Below are positions 49,515-61,926 of a stretch of DNA of 64,000 nt, piece by piece. The stretch lies in the NCBI GenBank assembly GCA_000388065.2, contig KB932201.1; one strand, 5' to 3'. The stretch comes from Fonticula alba ATCC 38817 (Eukaryota; Protista; Nucleariida). Position numbers and translations under genes: made by a program. Each line of letters starts with the position of its first letter. Position 1 is the first letter of the stretch. A model generated the notes under the pieces. The model saw only the letters and a list, made by a program, of their open reading frames with translations. It did no database searches and was not told the DNA's origin.

Positions 49515-51276
49515 GGGAAGGAGGCAACACGACAATCAGCATGGGGCATTCAGGACGACGATGCACGGAGGAGGGGAGGGGGCGGGGGGGTGCCATCACA
49601 CGCACGGTGTCTGGAGATCCGGGGGTGAGCACACTCAGGCCAAGCTGGCGCAGGGCGCTGGCCTCTTGCTCGGCGGCTGGGTCGTCTGGAACGACGATAA
49701 TGGACAATGGCCGTGGCGCGCCGGTGGCCGCGCCAAGCTCGAGGCACCGAGACCGAAGCAGCAGGCAAGCAAGTCGCGCGGCCCGAGTTAGCTGGTCCAG
49801 TCGCTGGACTGTGTGGAGCAGGGCGCCCGCCCGGGCCCCATTAAACAAGGCCTCCAGGCAGGCCATCTCGGCTGGCAGTATGCGAAGAAAGGCAAAGTGT
49901 TAGCCTCCGAACGGACCCCCCCCCCCCCTTCCCCCCGAATCGCGAGCAGGCACACGGGCGCACAGCCAAGCAGGGGATCCTCGCCCAAGAGACCGGCCTC
50001 GCGAAGTACATTCAGGGCAGCCTGCATCTCGCCATCTCGGAGTGGGCCCTGACGCTGGCGCAGGTGGCTTTGAGCCTCAGGGACTGTCAGCCGACTCAGG
50101 GGAGCCAGCTCGAACATGGCAGCCGAGGCTAAAAGTTACACAGGGCGAAGGGGTGCATGTTAGCATGGCGCACGGCCACTCGACTTGCCAAGTGGTCGAG
50201 CAGGACACATCAGCAGGGAGGGAGAAAGGGAGAGAGAGAGAGAGAAGGAAAGAAAGAGAGAGGGAGAGAGCGAAGGGGCCGCGGAGGGGAAGAGGGGGCA
50301 TACCATCAGCGATGTCCATCCACTCGGACAGGTCTGCCTCAGTGCCGGAGCCAAACCCCCGGCGGAGGCCGGCCGGCGCATCGGGGTCCGCCTCCGAGGC
50401 GTGGGACTCCTCGATGTCGTCCTCATTTTCGATCTCAGCATCAAAATGTAGATCGGACTCGCTGGATGTCGGGGCACGGCGATCGTGCCTGGAGTTTGTT
50501 TTTTTGTTTTTTTTTCATCCGCCCGCCCCCAAACAAAGACATTAGCAGGAGGCAAGAGCGCGAGGTAAGATGCCGGAGGGCATATCACAGCAGGGAAGGA
50601 CATACCAACCAGAGGCCGGGCCTCCGGAAAAGCGCCCACCGCGAGCTGATCGACCGCCAAATCCGCGACCACGCTTGGAGAGGTTGAGGCGCTTGAAGTT
50701 TGCGGCTGGGCGTTTGGAGGCCAGGGACCCGAGGACCTCGCTGGTCGGCGACCGGGGAGCAAGATCTGGCGCACAGGCGGCCGAACGTGCTGTCGGGGCA
50801 CCATCGCAGGATGTGCCCTGCTTCGGGAGGCCCGAGCCTGACGCAGGGCTGGCAACACTCGACACTTGGCGATTGAGCCCGAGACTCGTTTGTTGTGCAC
50901 TAAACAGAAGATTGTCGGTGGGAAGTGCGGGAGTCGGGGTGGGATCGCGCAAGCCCGCCGATGGTGGCCCCGCTGCGCGGGCTGTTTCGACAAGGCTACG
51001 CTGGAGGGAGGACACCGAATCCATGTCAGCCCGAGGGCCAGTTGAAGCCGACTGGAGGGCAGGCACGGACGGGTTCTTTTTGACCAGCCCGCTGCCGGAC
51101 GCCAGAGATGACGGCCGACGGAAGTCCCATGACGTGGTACTGTGTGAAAGCGAGGCCGAGCCGGTACTGCCTGACCGGCCTAGACCCATGGTCGTGGCCA
51201 TTATTGGGAGCCGGGATCGGGCTAAACCGGCGGCCAAGGGGGGCGGCTGCCCGCCCTTGTTCGGCAGGCCAGACAT
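45786..51276 (-). CDS. RECQL4-like protein with degenerate helicase motifs (putative pseudo-helicase)
   Basis: About 10 exons that splice in frame with GT..AG boundaries. RECQL4-like segments in order: NFKRLNL, SIIVVP..EQEASALRQLG, FKPEFLRA, PALPNNVTL..AFLLDLL, VLVLCERRETADSLAELLRN, LHAGMSLDER, RAIIYLNAPPS, LDVRVFITT, and SVAMIFSGISSPQFPAAVWG..WGRWAHLPF. The start may lie further upstream, across the N-gap at about 51404-51475. Confidence 0.85.
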
Positions 51277-52228
51277 TTGACTCCAAGCCAGGGGAAAGGA
51301 CAGCAAGGGGGGGGGGGAGGGGGCAAGCGAAGGAGACAGGCGAAGGAGACAAGGGAAGGGGAGAGGAGGCGGAGACAGGGGCGTAGCCTGGGTCGTGGAG
51401 GGGGNNNNNNNNNNNNNNNNNNNNNNNNNNNNNNNNNNNNNNNNNNNNNNNNNNNNNNNNNNNNNNNNNNNNNNNCCGAGATCGCATCATGCCCCCGGGT
51501 CTTTGCCAGACGGAGTCCCTTGCCGGCGCCAGATCGTGACGGGCGAGGGGGGGGGGAGCTGGGAGGGAATTCAAAATCGAACGGTCTTGCGGTCTCGTGA
51601 TGCGAGGTCTCGGTAGCTAATCCGATCGCGTCGGTGCTGTTGGATGGCCATTGTGATGGACTTGCGATAGAATGGCCACCGGGGCGGGTGTCATTGCGCT
51701 CTTCTGCGCCCCGGGCGGGCGGGGGGAGGACGCCGGGGCAAAAGTGCGAACAAGCAAAGAAGGAGGCACGGCGGCAGACGAAGGGAGGACCGGGGGGACA
51801 AAAGAGGGACCAACCTCTGGGTCGCCTCACAACACCTCCCCCGGGAGTCCCTGGCACAAGAGAGTGAGAGAAAGAGAGAGAGAGAAACGATGTCGGTGTA
51901 GATTGGCAGGAGCGCGTGTGCATGTGTATTGACTTTCCTTCGCGCGGACAGATGCGCGTGCTCGCACGATTCTCCTCTCCAACTCACCGGCTCTGCGCGC
52001 CGCCAGCCTTTTCTCTTTCGGGATGGGGCGGGGGAGAGACAAGGGGTGCGGCCACAAAGAAGGACACAGGTGGCCCTCCTCGTTGCGCGGGCGAGACTAC
52101 AGAGGGCAAAAGGGCGAGCCAGCTCAGTGAGTACACATGCGAAGGCACAGGGGGAAGGAGGGAGGGGAAGTAATGCAGGAGCGGGAGAATCATCACGACC
52201 TCCCTCCCCTCCCCCCCAGAGGAACAGC

Positions 52229-52263
<35 letters not shown>

Positions 52264-52455
52264 GAGGCGTGCAACCTGCGCAGTCGCGAAGAAGCCGCAG
52301 CACATGGGGGACACGCGCATGCACAGACGCGCCATCGCGCGGGTTTGCCTCGCCTCGCTCCTCCTCCTCCTTCGCCGTCACTACTGTCCCCGCTCGCGCC
52401 CCTCGCTCCCCTCACGCCTCGCGTCTGGACCAGCGGCGGCCTGGGCTCCTGCTGC

Positions 52456-55287
52456 TTAGAGGGTGTACAGGCGATGGTCGACGACGGCCGGCATGGGCTC
52501 CAGGGTGGTGGACAGCTCCTCCTGGATCTTCATGAGATTCGGCATGTCATGCGGGGTGACCAGGTTGACGGCAAGGCCCAGATGGCCGAAGCGACCAGAC
52601 CGGCCAATCCGATGGAGGTAGGTCTCGGCGGTGGACGGGAAGTCGTAGTTGATGACAACATTGACCGACTGGACATCAACACCACGGGTGAGCAGGTCGG
52701 AGCACACCAAGTTTCGGAACTTGTTCTCGCGGAAGTCGTTGAAGATGCGGTTCCGATCCTCCTGGAGCATCTTCGAATGGATGAAGTAGCAAGACAGGCC
52801 GAGCTGGGTGATCTGCTGGGCCAGATTCTCCACGCGGGTGTGGCTCCGGCAGAAGATAATCGACTGGTTGATGCGAAGCTTGGTGAAGAGGCTGTACAGG
52901 CACTGGAGCTTGTCGCGCTCCTGCATGTAGGCATAGTACTGGGTCACACCGCGCAGGGTCAGATCATCCATGAGGTTGATCATGCTGGGCTTGTGCATGG
53001 CCGCCGTGACGAAGTCCTGCACCGACACCGGGTAGGTGGCCGAGTAGAGCAGGAGCTGCGGCTTCTCCGGGAAGAGAGTCAGCAGCTGCTGGATGGCCGG
53101 CAGGAAGTCCTGGGAAAGGAGCTTGTCGGCCTCATCGAGGACAAACATGCGGCAGGCATTGAGCGACACCCGCTGGCGGTTGAAGAGGTCCAGCATGCGG
53201 CCGGGGGTGGAGACAATGATGTGCACCGGGCGCTTGAGGCGGATCAGATCGTCACGATAGTCGCTGCCACCGAAGGAGGTCATCAGCTCGACGGCCGGCT
53301 TGAAGTGGCGCGAGAGCTCCTTGCAAACGTTGCCAGTCTGCAGGGCCAGCTCGCGGGTCGGGACAAGGATGATGGCTGGGTGGGGTGGGGTGAGGTGGGG
53401 GGGGGTGAGGGGGGGGGGGAGGGAGGGGGGATGGTGGCGATCATGGAAGGACTGTAAGCGGGCAAGGAAGGGAAATGCATGGGCCGGCCCCGGTCCCCTG
53501 CTCAGGGGCGAGGGGTTGTTCCCGAAGCAAGGGCAAGGGAGCAGCAAAGGAAAGCCCCCTCCCCGGCCAATGTGTGCGCACCCTGGAGGTGGTTCGACCG
53601 GGTGTCCAGACGCTCGAGCACCGGAATCAGATAGGCACAGGTCTTGCCGGTTCCGTTCTTGGCACGAGCAATGATATCCTTGCCGGCGATGGCAATCTGG
53701 ATGGACTCCTCCTGAATGGGAGAGGGCTTCTCAAAGCCCATGGTGTGCAGGCCGAGCAGGAGCTCCTTCTTCAGGTCGAAGTCCGAGAAGTCCAGGCACC
53801 GGGTCCGGGTGACGTCCTCGGTCTTAAGGCGCGTGTCGACCGGGGGCCGGGGGATGTTGGAGAAGTCGTCCGGGATGTTGGGGCCGCTGAGGTCCAGCTT
53901 CTTGAGCGAGTCGGCAACGTGAGCGGTGCTGGGGGTCTGGCGCGCCGCCGGCCGGCCGCCGGCCGACGACGACGACGAAGAGGGAGCCACCGTCACAACA
54001 GTAGAGGTGACAGTGGCCGTGCCACCGGAGGGCGGCTGCCCGGCCTTGCTGGCAGCCACCGCGGCGAAGGACATGACGGCGGGCTTAGCCGGAGGGGCGG
54101 CGACGGTGGCGGGCGCGACAGTCGGGCTGGAGGTGGCGGCCGCGGTCTTCTTGTGGGACTCGGTGGACTTGCCATGGGCGGCAGCCGGCGAGGGAGCAGG
54201 AGTAGGAGCAGGAGCGGCGGCCTTGACCGTCGGAGCGGCAGCGGCGGCGGCGGCGGTCGGAGCAACGGCGGTGGCCGAAGCAGCAGCAGCAGCAGCGCCA
54301 CCCGCCGGAAGGGGCTTCCGGCGGCCGGCAGCAATGTCGGCCAGGGTCGGCGGGGCAGCCGCCCGAGCAGCGGCAGCGGCGGCCTCCTTGGCAGCGGCGG
54401 CCTCCTTGGCGGCCTTGGCAGCAGCGGCCTCCTTGGCGGCCTTGGCAGCGGCGGCCTCCTCGGCAGCCTTAGCGGCCTTGGCGGCTTCGGCAGCCTTGGC
54501 GGCCTTGGCGGTGTTCTGCTTGGCAGCGGGCTCGGCCTCCTTAACAGTGACCGCAGAGGCGGCGGTCGGGGTGGCGACCGGACGAGCACGAGTGCCGGCA
54601 ACGGCGGCCGGCTGCGAAATGACGGTGGGCGCGGCGGCAACCGGGACGGTGCCAGCCGGAGCCGGGCGAGCAAGCATCGGGCGGACACCCGGCCGAACGG
54701 AAGGCATGTGCATCTGGCTGGGGCCGGAGCCGGCAAAGGAGGGGTCCGAGTAGGAAACCGGCATGGCGCCGGGCATGCCGGTGCCCTGGAAGGCAGCCGG
54801 ACGCGGGCGAATGGCCGCGCCGCTGGCAGGCTGTGCCGCCGGAATCGGCCGCTGCTGGGGCGACTGCTTGACATGGCCGGTGGCAGTGGTGGCGGTGGTG
54901 GTCGGGGTGGCGGCCGGGGCGGCGGTCTGGGAGGCGATCGGGGCAGTGGTGGCGGCGGTGGCCGGGGTGGCGGCCGGGGTGGCGGTGGCGGTGGTGGTGG
55001 TGGTGGTGCCGGAGGCGGCAGACTTCGAGTTGGTGCTGGGGGCAGCAGCCGAGCGGGAGGAGGAGGCAGTGGCAGTGTTGCTGGAGGTGGGGGTGGCGGC
55101 ATCGGAGGCGCCGCGAGACGAGGAGCTGGAGGCGGCCCCGGACTCGGCCGGGGAGGAGACGCCCGAGGGGGCCGGACCGGCCGCGGCGACGGACGCCGCG
55201 TGCGAAGCATTGCCAGCACTGCCCTGCGCCCGGGAGGAGTAGTTGTTCTTGGAGGAGGAAGAGGAGGAGGTGGTGGAGTGGCCGTCA

Positions 55288-55327
<40 letters not shown>

Positions 55328-56024
55328 GCTGCTGCTGCTTGCTGCCGGCAGCGGCCGGCGAGGGGGCATTCTGCGGTGGGCCGGCGGGGAAGGACTGCTG
55401 CTGGTGCTGGGGCGCTTGGGTGGGGTGCTGCTGCTGCTGCTGCTGCTGCTGCTGCGGGTGCATGGGAAGCCCGGTGGTCGGGTCGATGGCGCCCGGGTGC
55501 ATGCCCATCATCATGGAGTAGTTGTAATACATGTCCGGCATGGGATAGTGCGGCATGCTTGGGTGGTGCATGCCCGGGTGGTAGTGGCTACCCGTGTGCG
55601 GCATGGTGCCCTGGCCGGTGCTCTGGCTGGTGCCAGCCGGGCCCATCATCGAATAGACCCCCTGGTGGCCGTAGGGCGACATGGAGGGGACCATCATGGC
55701 GGCGTTGGGGTAGGAGAGGTTGTACATGCCGGCCGAAGGGGGGGCCTGGTTGTACCAGTAGGGGACGTTGTGCCCGGCGCCGGACTGTGCGCCTATCGCG
55801 CCATAGCCGGCCGGATAGCCGGACATGTAGGGATTGGGATGGTACATGTGTGGCATGTGCTGCATCGAGGAGTGGGGGCCGCCCTGGGGGGTGTTGTTGG
55901 CACCGGTGTTACCAGTGCCGGGGGGATTACTGGCACCGGGGGCGCTGCCGGCGCCAGGGGCGCCGGGCATGGCCTCCTGGCCGCGACCTTGGTGGAAGTA
56001 ACCAGCGGAAGAGCCAGCTGACAT
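52456..56024 (-). CDS. DDX6: DEAD-box helicase DDX6/Dhh1 with a long N-terminal extension
   Basis: Exons 56024-53582 and 53375-52456. Motifs include [58 protein letters not shown] and [17 protein letters not shown]. Confidence 0.96.
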
Positions 56025-58582
56025 GACTTAAACTGATGGGAACACCAGCCGACGAGGGGGAATGGGTGTGAGGGGGCGGCGCATGGAGGGGAAAGCAAGA
56101 AAGCAAGGGGAGGAGGGGGGGGGGGAGCGGAGAGCCGGGGGCAACGAACAGTAGTAAGCCGTGAGTGGCGAGCCCAACTGCGGCGAAGGGGGAGAAGGGG
56201 AAGGGGCAAATGAATGGCCCAAGGGGGGTGAGCGGCGTGTCAGGGGGAGGTCAGGACGCGGGCGGCGGGCAGGGGGAGGGACGGGTGGGGGGCGCCAATG
56301 CTCGGTGGAGGCGACAATGACAGAGGCGACAACATGGGTCACGAACATGTGGGACGAGGGGGGGGGGAGGACGGGAGAGGAGGGGGGGGGACTGCTAGAG
56401 AGGAGGGAGGGGGGGGGGAAGGGAGAGAGGGGGCGGACAAGGCCAAACCTCAGATAGGCATCGGGTGCTGTGCGTCTGGCGAGAGGCAGAGCGCCTGGGC
56501 CGGGGTCTGAAAATGTGGGACTCCTCGGCCCGAGGAAAAGGCGAGAGCGTGTCCACACACTCCCCTTCGTGTTTCCTGTTTTGGAGGGCCCCCGCCGACC
56601 TCCTGTTGCGCGATACACCCGCAGGCGCACCGTGCACACATACGCTTGTCTATGTGCACGCACGCACACACGCACGCACACACGCACGCACACACGCACA
56701 CACGCACACACGCACACATACACCTCTGTACAGGGCCGCGGGTGATAGCCCCGGGACTCAGGGCCTGGCGGCCTCCGGGTGTCCAACAAGGGTGGACGTC
56801 TCCGTGGGGGGGGGGGGGGCCGAGGCGCAAGTGCGCGCCCTGGTGGGAGGGAAACCGTTTCTGCGCGCGCGCGCGCGCGCACGCCTGCACAAGCACGAGC
56901 GATGGCACCTTTCTGCGCACATGCATGAGCGTGAGCGAATGCGGCGGTATTGCGCCGGCGGCTATGTTCTCGAGTAGTCCCGGGGGAACTAGGAACACCG
57001 GGCGTGCAGCCGGGAGGAATGAATATGACTGGGAATATATTGGGTCCCCAAAGCGCAATATGTTGCCTCCTTCTCGCCGAGAACTGCCCGCCGGGGGGGG
57101 AGGGGGGGGGGGCGGGGGATGCTCCTGACCTCGCCCCTGAATTTATTTCTGCACCGACCGGCTCCAGGGGCGGAGGCATATTTCTTGTCACGATCGGGCC
57201 GGCTCTCCCCGCGCCTCCTCCCCACCCCGTTGAAGGGGTGTCCTGCCAGGGAGCCAGGAAGGCGGCTGGCCGGCGAAAGTGCCCGCGCAGTCGGGGCCGA
57301 ACCTTCGCCAGTTTGGGGCCGCCTCGGTGCCCGCGCACCGGGCGGGGATAGGCTCTAACGTCCCCCCCCCCTCGCCCCAGTGCTGCTCTCGGGGGCCTCC
57401 CCTCTCGGAGCCGGAGGGGAAAAAATATACGTTGACCCTGCGCGCCCGCCCGATAGAGGCGGCGAAGGGTGTCAGGCCCCGGTGTCAAGGCACCACGTTC
57501 CCCGCACAGCGGCCTGGCCCTCGCCGGCCGAGCGGTGCTGGGTAAGCAGGCCGACGTTTCTCCCAGGCCGCGCGCCAACTTTCGGGATGGCCCTTTCGTT
57601 CTGGGCGCGCTTGTCCCCCGAGTGCGCAGGGAGCCTGCGGGGAAAATGACTGCCGCGTTTTCCCGGTCGTGGGGGTCCAGCCGGCGAGAGGAGGGCGTGT
57701 CTCTTGTGGGGATCCCCCGCCCTCTCCCCTCACCACCACACCACACCACATCACCCGGGGGGAAGTTCGCTCGGGCAACGGCCCCGAACCGTTTCTCAAT
57801 GGGCCCCCTCCGGCGGCGTCCCGGCACACTTCCGCGTCTAGGTGCTGGGTGCCGCCTCTCGAGCGGGGGGGGGGGCGGGCCTGTCTTCCGTCCAGCCTGT
57901 TTGAGGGGCGCTCTTGGCATGCAGACATGTTGAACTCCTCCTCGCTCATGCTCAGGCCCGGCGGCCCGAGCACGATGCTTCATCTCGGCTCCACCCTGGG
58001 CGGGGGGGGGGGGCGTTTATTTTCTGGTGCCTGGCCGAGCGCACCTGGCCGTTTGCGCCCGCGCCCGCGCCCGCGTCCCCGCTCGGAACAGCTCGCCCTC
58101 CCGCCCAAACCAGTATACACTGGCCCCAGGGTCACTCTGTCCCTGGCGTCCTTCCAGTCCATTAATTCAGCACACCAGCCCCGTATGCCCTTCCCGGCTG
58201 GGCTCGCAGAACCCCACACCTGGGTCTCGCCCGGTCCGGAGCCACCCCCCACAAAGACCCCTGATCCCATGCGGATGCTGCTGATGGTTCTACACACTCC
58301 AGCATGCTGCACATCCATATCCCCCAGCTGTCAATGGAGACTCGGTTCTCATTTTCGTTGTACCCGGTCGACGGTGATTGGCCGGGCCCGAGAAATCTGA
58401 CCTCCCCGCAGCCCATTTTTCAGGGCGCCGTGGAGAGGAGAGGAAAGCCGAGTGTGCAACACACGGCGGCATTTGATCTCCGCCCCCCTCCCCCTCCCCC
58501 AGGCGAGCCCGATCGCCTGTCTCGGGTCTGGGCTTCGCGTCATCATTCGATCGCCCCCCCTCGCCTTCGCCCTCGCCCTCTC

Positions 58583-58620
<38 letters not shown>

Positions 58621-58951
58621 AAGCCCGCGACCTGGTGCGGGAAATCGTGCTGCCATTTTCCATTTTAGAGTGTGTATTTCGCGTGCACGCACAACAGCAC
58701 GGGCGCGGACAGTCGACACTGCCATCCCCTCCGCTGGTGACCCGCCTTTCCCACCAACAGGGCGGAGGAGCCCCCAGCCTGGAGCACCCTCACACGCAAA
58801 TGCATAGACACATGGTCATGCACGGAGACGTGCCTTGTACTTGTGGGCCCGTTCGCGCGCCCACACGCGGGGGGAAAATGGGGGCGATAATATCGGCAGG
58901 ATCCGGGTGAGGGGAATGGGGACAATCTTTGGCCCGTTGCCACCGTCCTGT

Positions 58952-60696
58952 TTAATCCTCAATGACGTCGTCCGACTCGCCGGGGATGACAACGCGGGCG
59001 GCGATCTCGCCGTTGACCGGGCCGGCCATCAGGGCATTGCCAAAGGCGTTGAGGGAGTCGGCACCGCGAATCTCACGCACCCGGGCGGCGATCGGCACGA
59101 TGTGGAAGTCGTCATCACCATAGAGCTCGGTAATCTGGGACATGTACTTCTGCTGGGACTTGTGGCGGTTGATGCAGTACTTGCAGCTGGAGGCTGTGCA
59201 TATGACACCGGGGTGGCGGGGATTTCCCAGACGGTCGTGTGAGTATCCAGCAGGAGGGGCAAGAGGGGCGCGGGAGCCGAATACGCACCCTGCTCCGGGA
59301 CGAGAAGCTGGTTGACGACGATGTTGTGCACGTCGATGTTGTACTTGGCCAGCTCCTGAATCAGGCGCTCGGTCTCGTAGAGAGACAGGAACTCGCTGAT
59401 GCAGACGCAAATGAAGGTGGTACGCTCCTGCGCGTGGGGGTGCGGGGGGGGGGACGCGACGGTGATGGTGGTGATGTGTGAGAAGCCAGACGCCCAATTC
59501 GGGGAGAGGGCGAAGCATGGGGAAAGACCGGATGATATCGGGCACATGGTGACGCACGGGGTTGGAGAACTGCTCGCGGATGTTCTCCATGACGACCTTG
59601 ATCTTGTCAAAGCGGTCGAAGGCCGAGGAGTCCATGCCGAACATGGAGGACATCTGAGTGATGAGCGGGCCGATCGGGCTGTCGGAGCCGAACAGCTGGG
59701 GGATGGAGTTCTCGAAGACGAAGGGCATCGAGATGAAGCGGAGCATGTGGCCAGTGGGGGGGGTGTCGAAGACGACCACCGAGTACTTGTCCTCCTGGGC
59801 GAGGCTGTGCAGCATTAGGGGGAGGGCGAAGTGTTGTTGTCAGTGGGAGGGCGTGCCAGGGAAAAAAAAAGAGGGCAGGAGGGTCGGCGGAAAAGGGCAA
59901 CGCACGTCATGACCTCCATCATGCCGGAAACCTCATCCATACCGGGCAGGTTGGAGGCAACGTCGCGCAGGAGAGTGCTGATGCTGTTCTCCTCCTCTGC
60001 AAGCACGAGGGGGAGACGGGGGGGGGAAGGTCGGAAGATCGATCCCAAAGAGAGGGCCGGACACGAGCCACCCAGCGAGGAGAGGTCAGAAATAGACATA
60101 AGGGGAGAGAGGGAGAGAGCACACAAGTGATGGGAGCCGACTGGCAACTCCGTGGCAAGACAGCGAGGCAACAGGGTGGTGGGCGTACCCTCCTCGCCAG
60201 GCATGTTACCGCCGGGCACGTCGACGGACGACTCGATCTCCTGGAGGCCGGCAGGGGCAGCGCCGCAGCAGCATGGGGAAGTTAGATCACGCAAGTGGGA
60301 AGCAGCCTGGCCGGATGCCCTGCATCAAAGAACGGACCATGACAAAGAGGTTGGAGAAGCCGTCGGCCAGAGTGGGGGTGGAGCTGAACTTCTGACCGAA
60401 GGCATCGCTCAGGTTGTGAGCGGGGTCGGTGGAAATCAGGAGGACCGACTCGCGGACCTTGGCCAGCTGGATGGCCAGCGAGCAACTGGTGGTGGTCTTA
60501 CCGACACCACCCTTGCCACCGACGAAGATCCAGCGGAGCGAGGTCTGGGCGCGGGCAAAGGCGAACCGGCGGATGGCGCCAGCAGGGTGATGCGGGGCAT
60601 TAGCACGAGCAGGAGAGAGGCGAGGCAAATGCGCGGCCGAGACCGTACCTGGTCCAGGATGTTCTGGAGGTTGCTAGCAGGGGCCGACATGGTCAT
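58952..60696 (-). CDS. GET3: ATPase GET3/ASNA1 (TRC40, ArsA family)
   Basis: [84 protein letters not shown], and the dimer motif CKYC. Multi-exon. Confidence 0.96.
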
Positions 60697-61438
60697 GGAG
60701 GGAAAGAGAAAAGGGCAGGGAGAGTGCTTGGGCAGGGAGAAAGGGAGGATGCCACTGGTGAAAACAGCTGAAGTCTGCGAAGGGCAGCAGGGGGGCGGGG
60801 GGCGGGGGGGGGGAGAGTCAACCAAGGGGTCGGCGTCAAGGCAAATCTTGGGAGCAGGGGGGCAATCGGCCTATACGAGCGGGAAGGAGGAGGGGGGNNN
60901 NNNNNNNNNNNNNNNNNNNNNNNNNNNNNNNNNNNNNNNNNNNNNNNNNNNNNNNNNNNNNNNNNNNNNNNNNNNNNNNNNNNNNNNNNNNNNNNNNCCC
61001 CCCCGCCTCGTGTGCCCCCGCGCCGGACAGACCAAACAAACCGCAGCCGATCCCCACCCCAAAGAGGGCCCCCGGGCCACGGCCGAATGTTCGTGACGGC
61101 CTTCCCGCCTGGCCGTCCACTTGCCCGCCAGCTCTCACCCCCCCGCCCTCCGCCCTCCGCCCTCGGCAGGCAAGCGCGGCGTGTCAGGGAGGAATTGCCG
61201 CCCGGCTGGCCGGGGGGGGGGGGAAGGTTGAGGGACCGGGAGCCGAAGGGGGTGCGAATGCACTTGGGGCTGGGCTCCGCCCTCGCCCCGGTGGAATCCC
61301 CTTCCCCCTCCTGCCGCGCGCGCGCCTGCCCCCATCCATCCCCATGCCCAGGGGGTTGAGGGTGTGATCCGGTCTCGAAGCGAGACAACACCGCCGTCAC
61401 CGGCCCCGCCGCCAGGCAGTCCCATGAGCCAGGGAGGT

Positions 61439-61469
<31 letters not shown>

Positions 61470-61926
61470 GGCCGGCGACCTATGGCTCGTCCGGCCGGCG
61501 GTGTCCGGGCGGCCCTTTTTGACATATCTGACACCCCCGGAGGGCGACTTCGTACCTCCGACGCCCTTCGCGGTCTGTTGGGGACCCACGAGAGCCCCCA
61601 ACAGGTCGTGTCCACCCCCCCCCCCCCTGCACTTATTGCGCCCTGCCCCTTGGCGCAGGCCCATCGGCGTGCCGGCTCGCGCCAGGACACACCCTAGTCC
61701 ACATTTCATCGGACGGATGGACAAGCTGCGCGCGGCGCCGGCTGACCCGATCACATGCGCAGAAAGTTCCATTGGCAATAGAGCGCCCTGCCCTGGTTAG
61801 ATTCTAACGGGCAGCGCCGTGTGCTCCCCCCCCCCCCCCCCCCCCCNNNNNNNNNNNNNNNNNNNNNNNNNNCCCCCATTCCCTCCCCCCTTCCCGTCTG
61901 CCCTTCCCCTCCCTCTTCCTTTGAGC

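Noticed and set aside
53475-56021. The 848-aa plus-strand ORF and other long antisense ORFs
   Set aside because: These are shadows of GC-rich coding sequence on the opposite strand (here DDX6) and have no motifs of their own.
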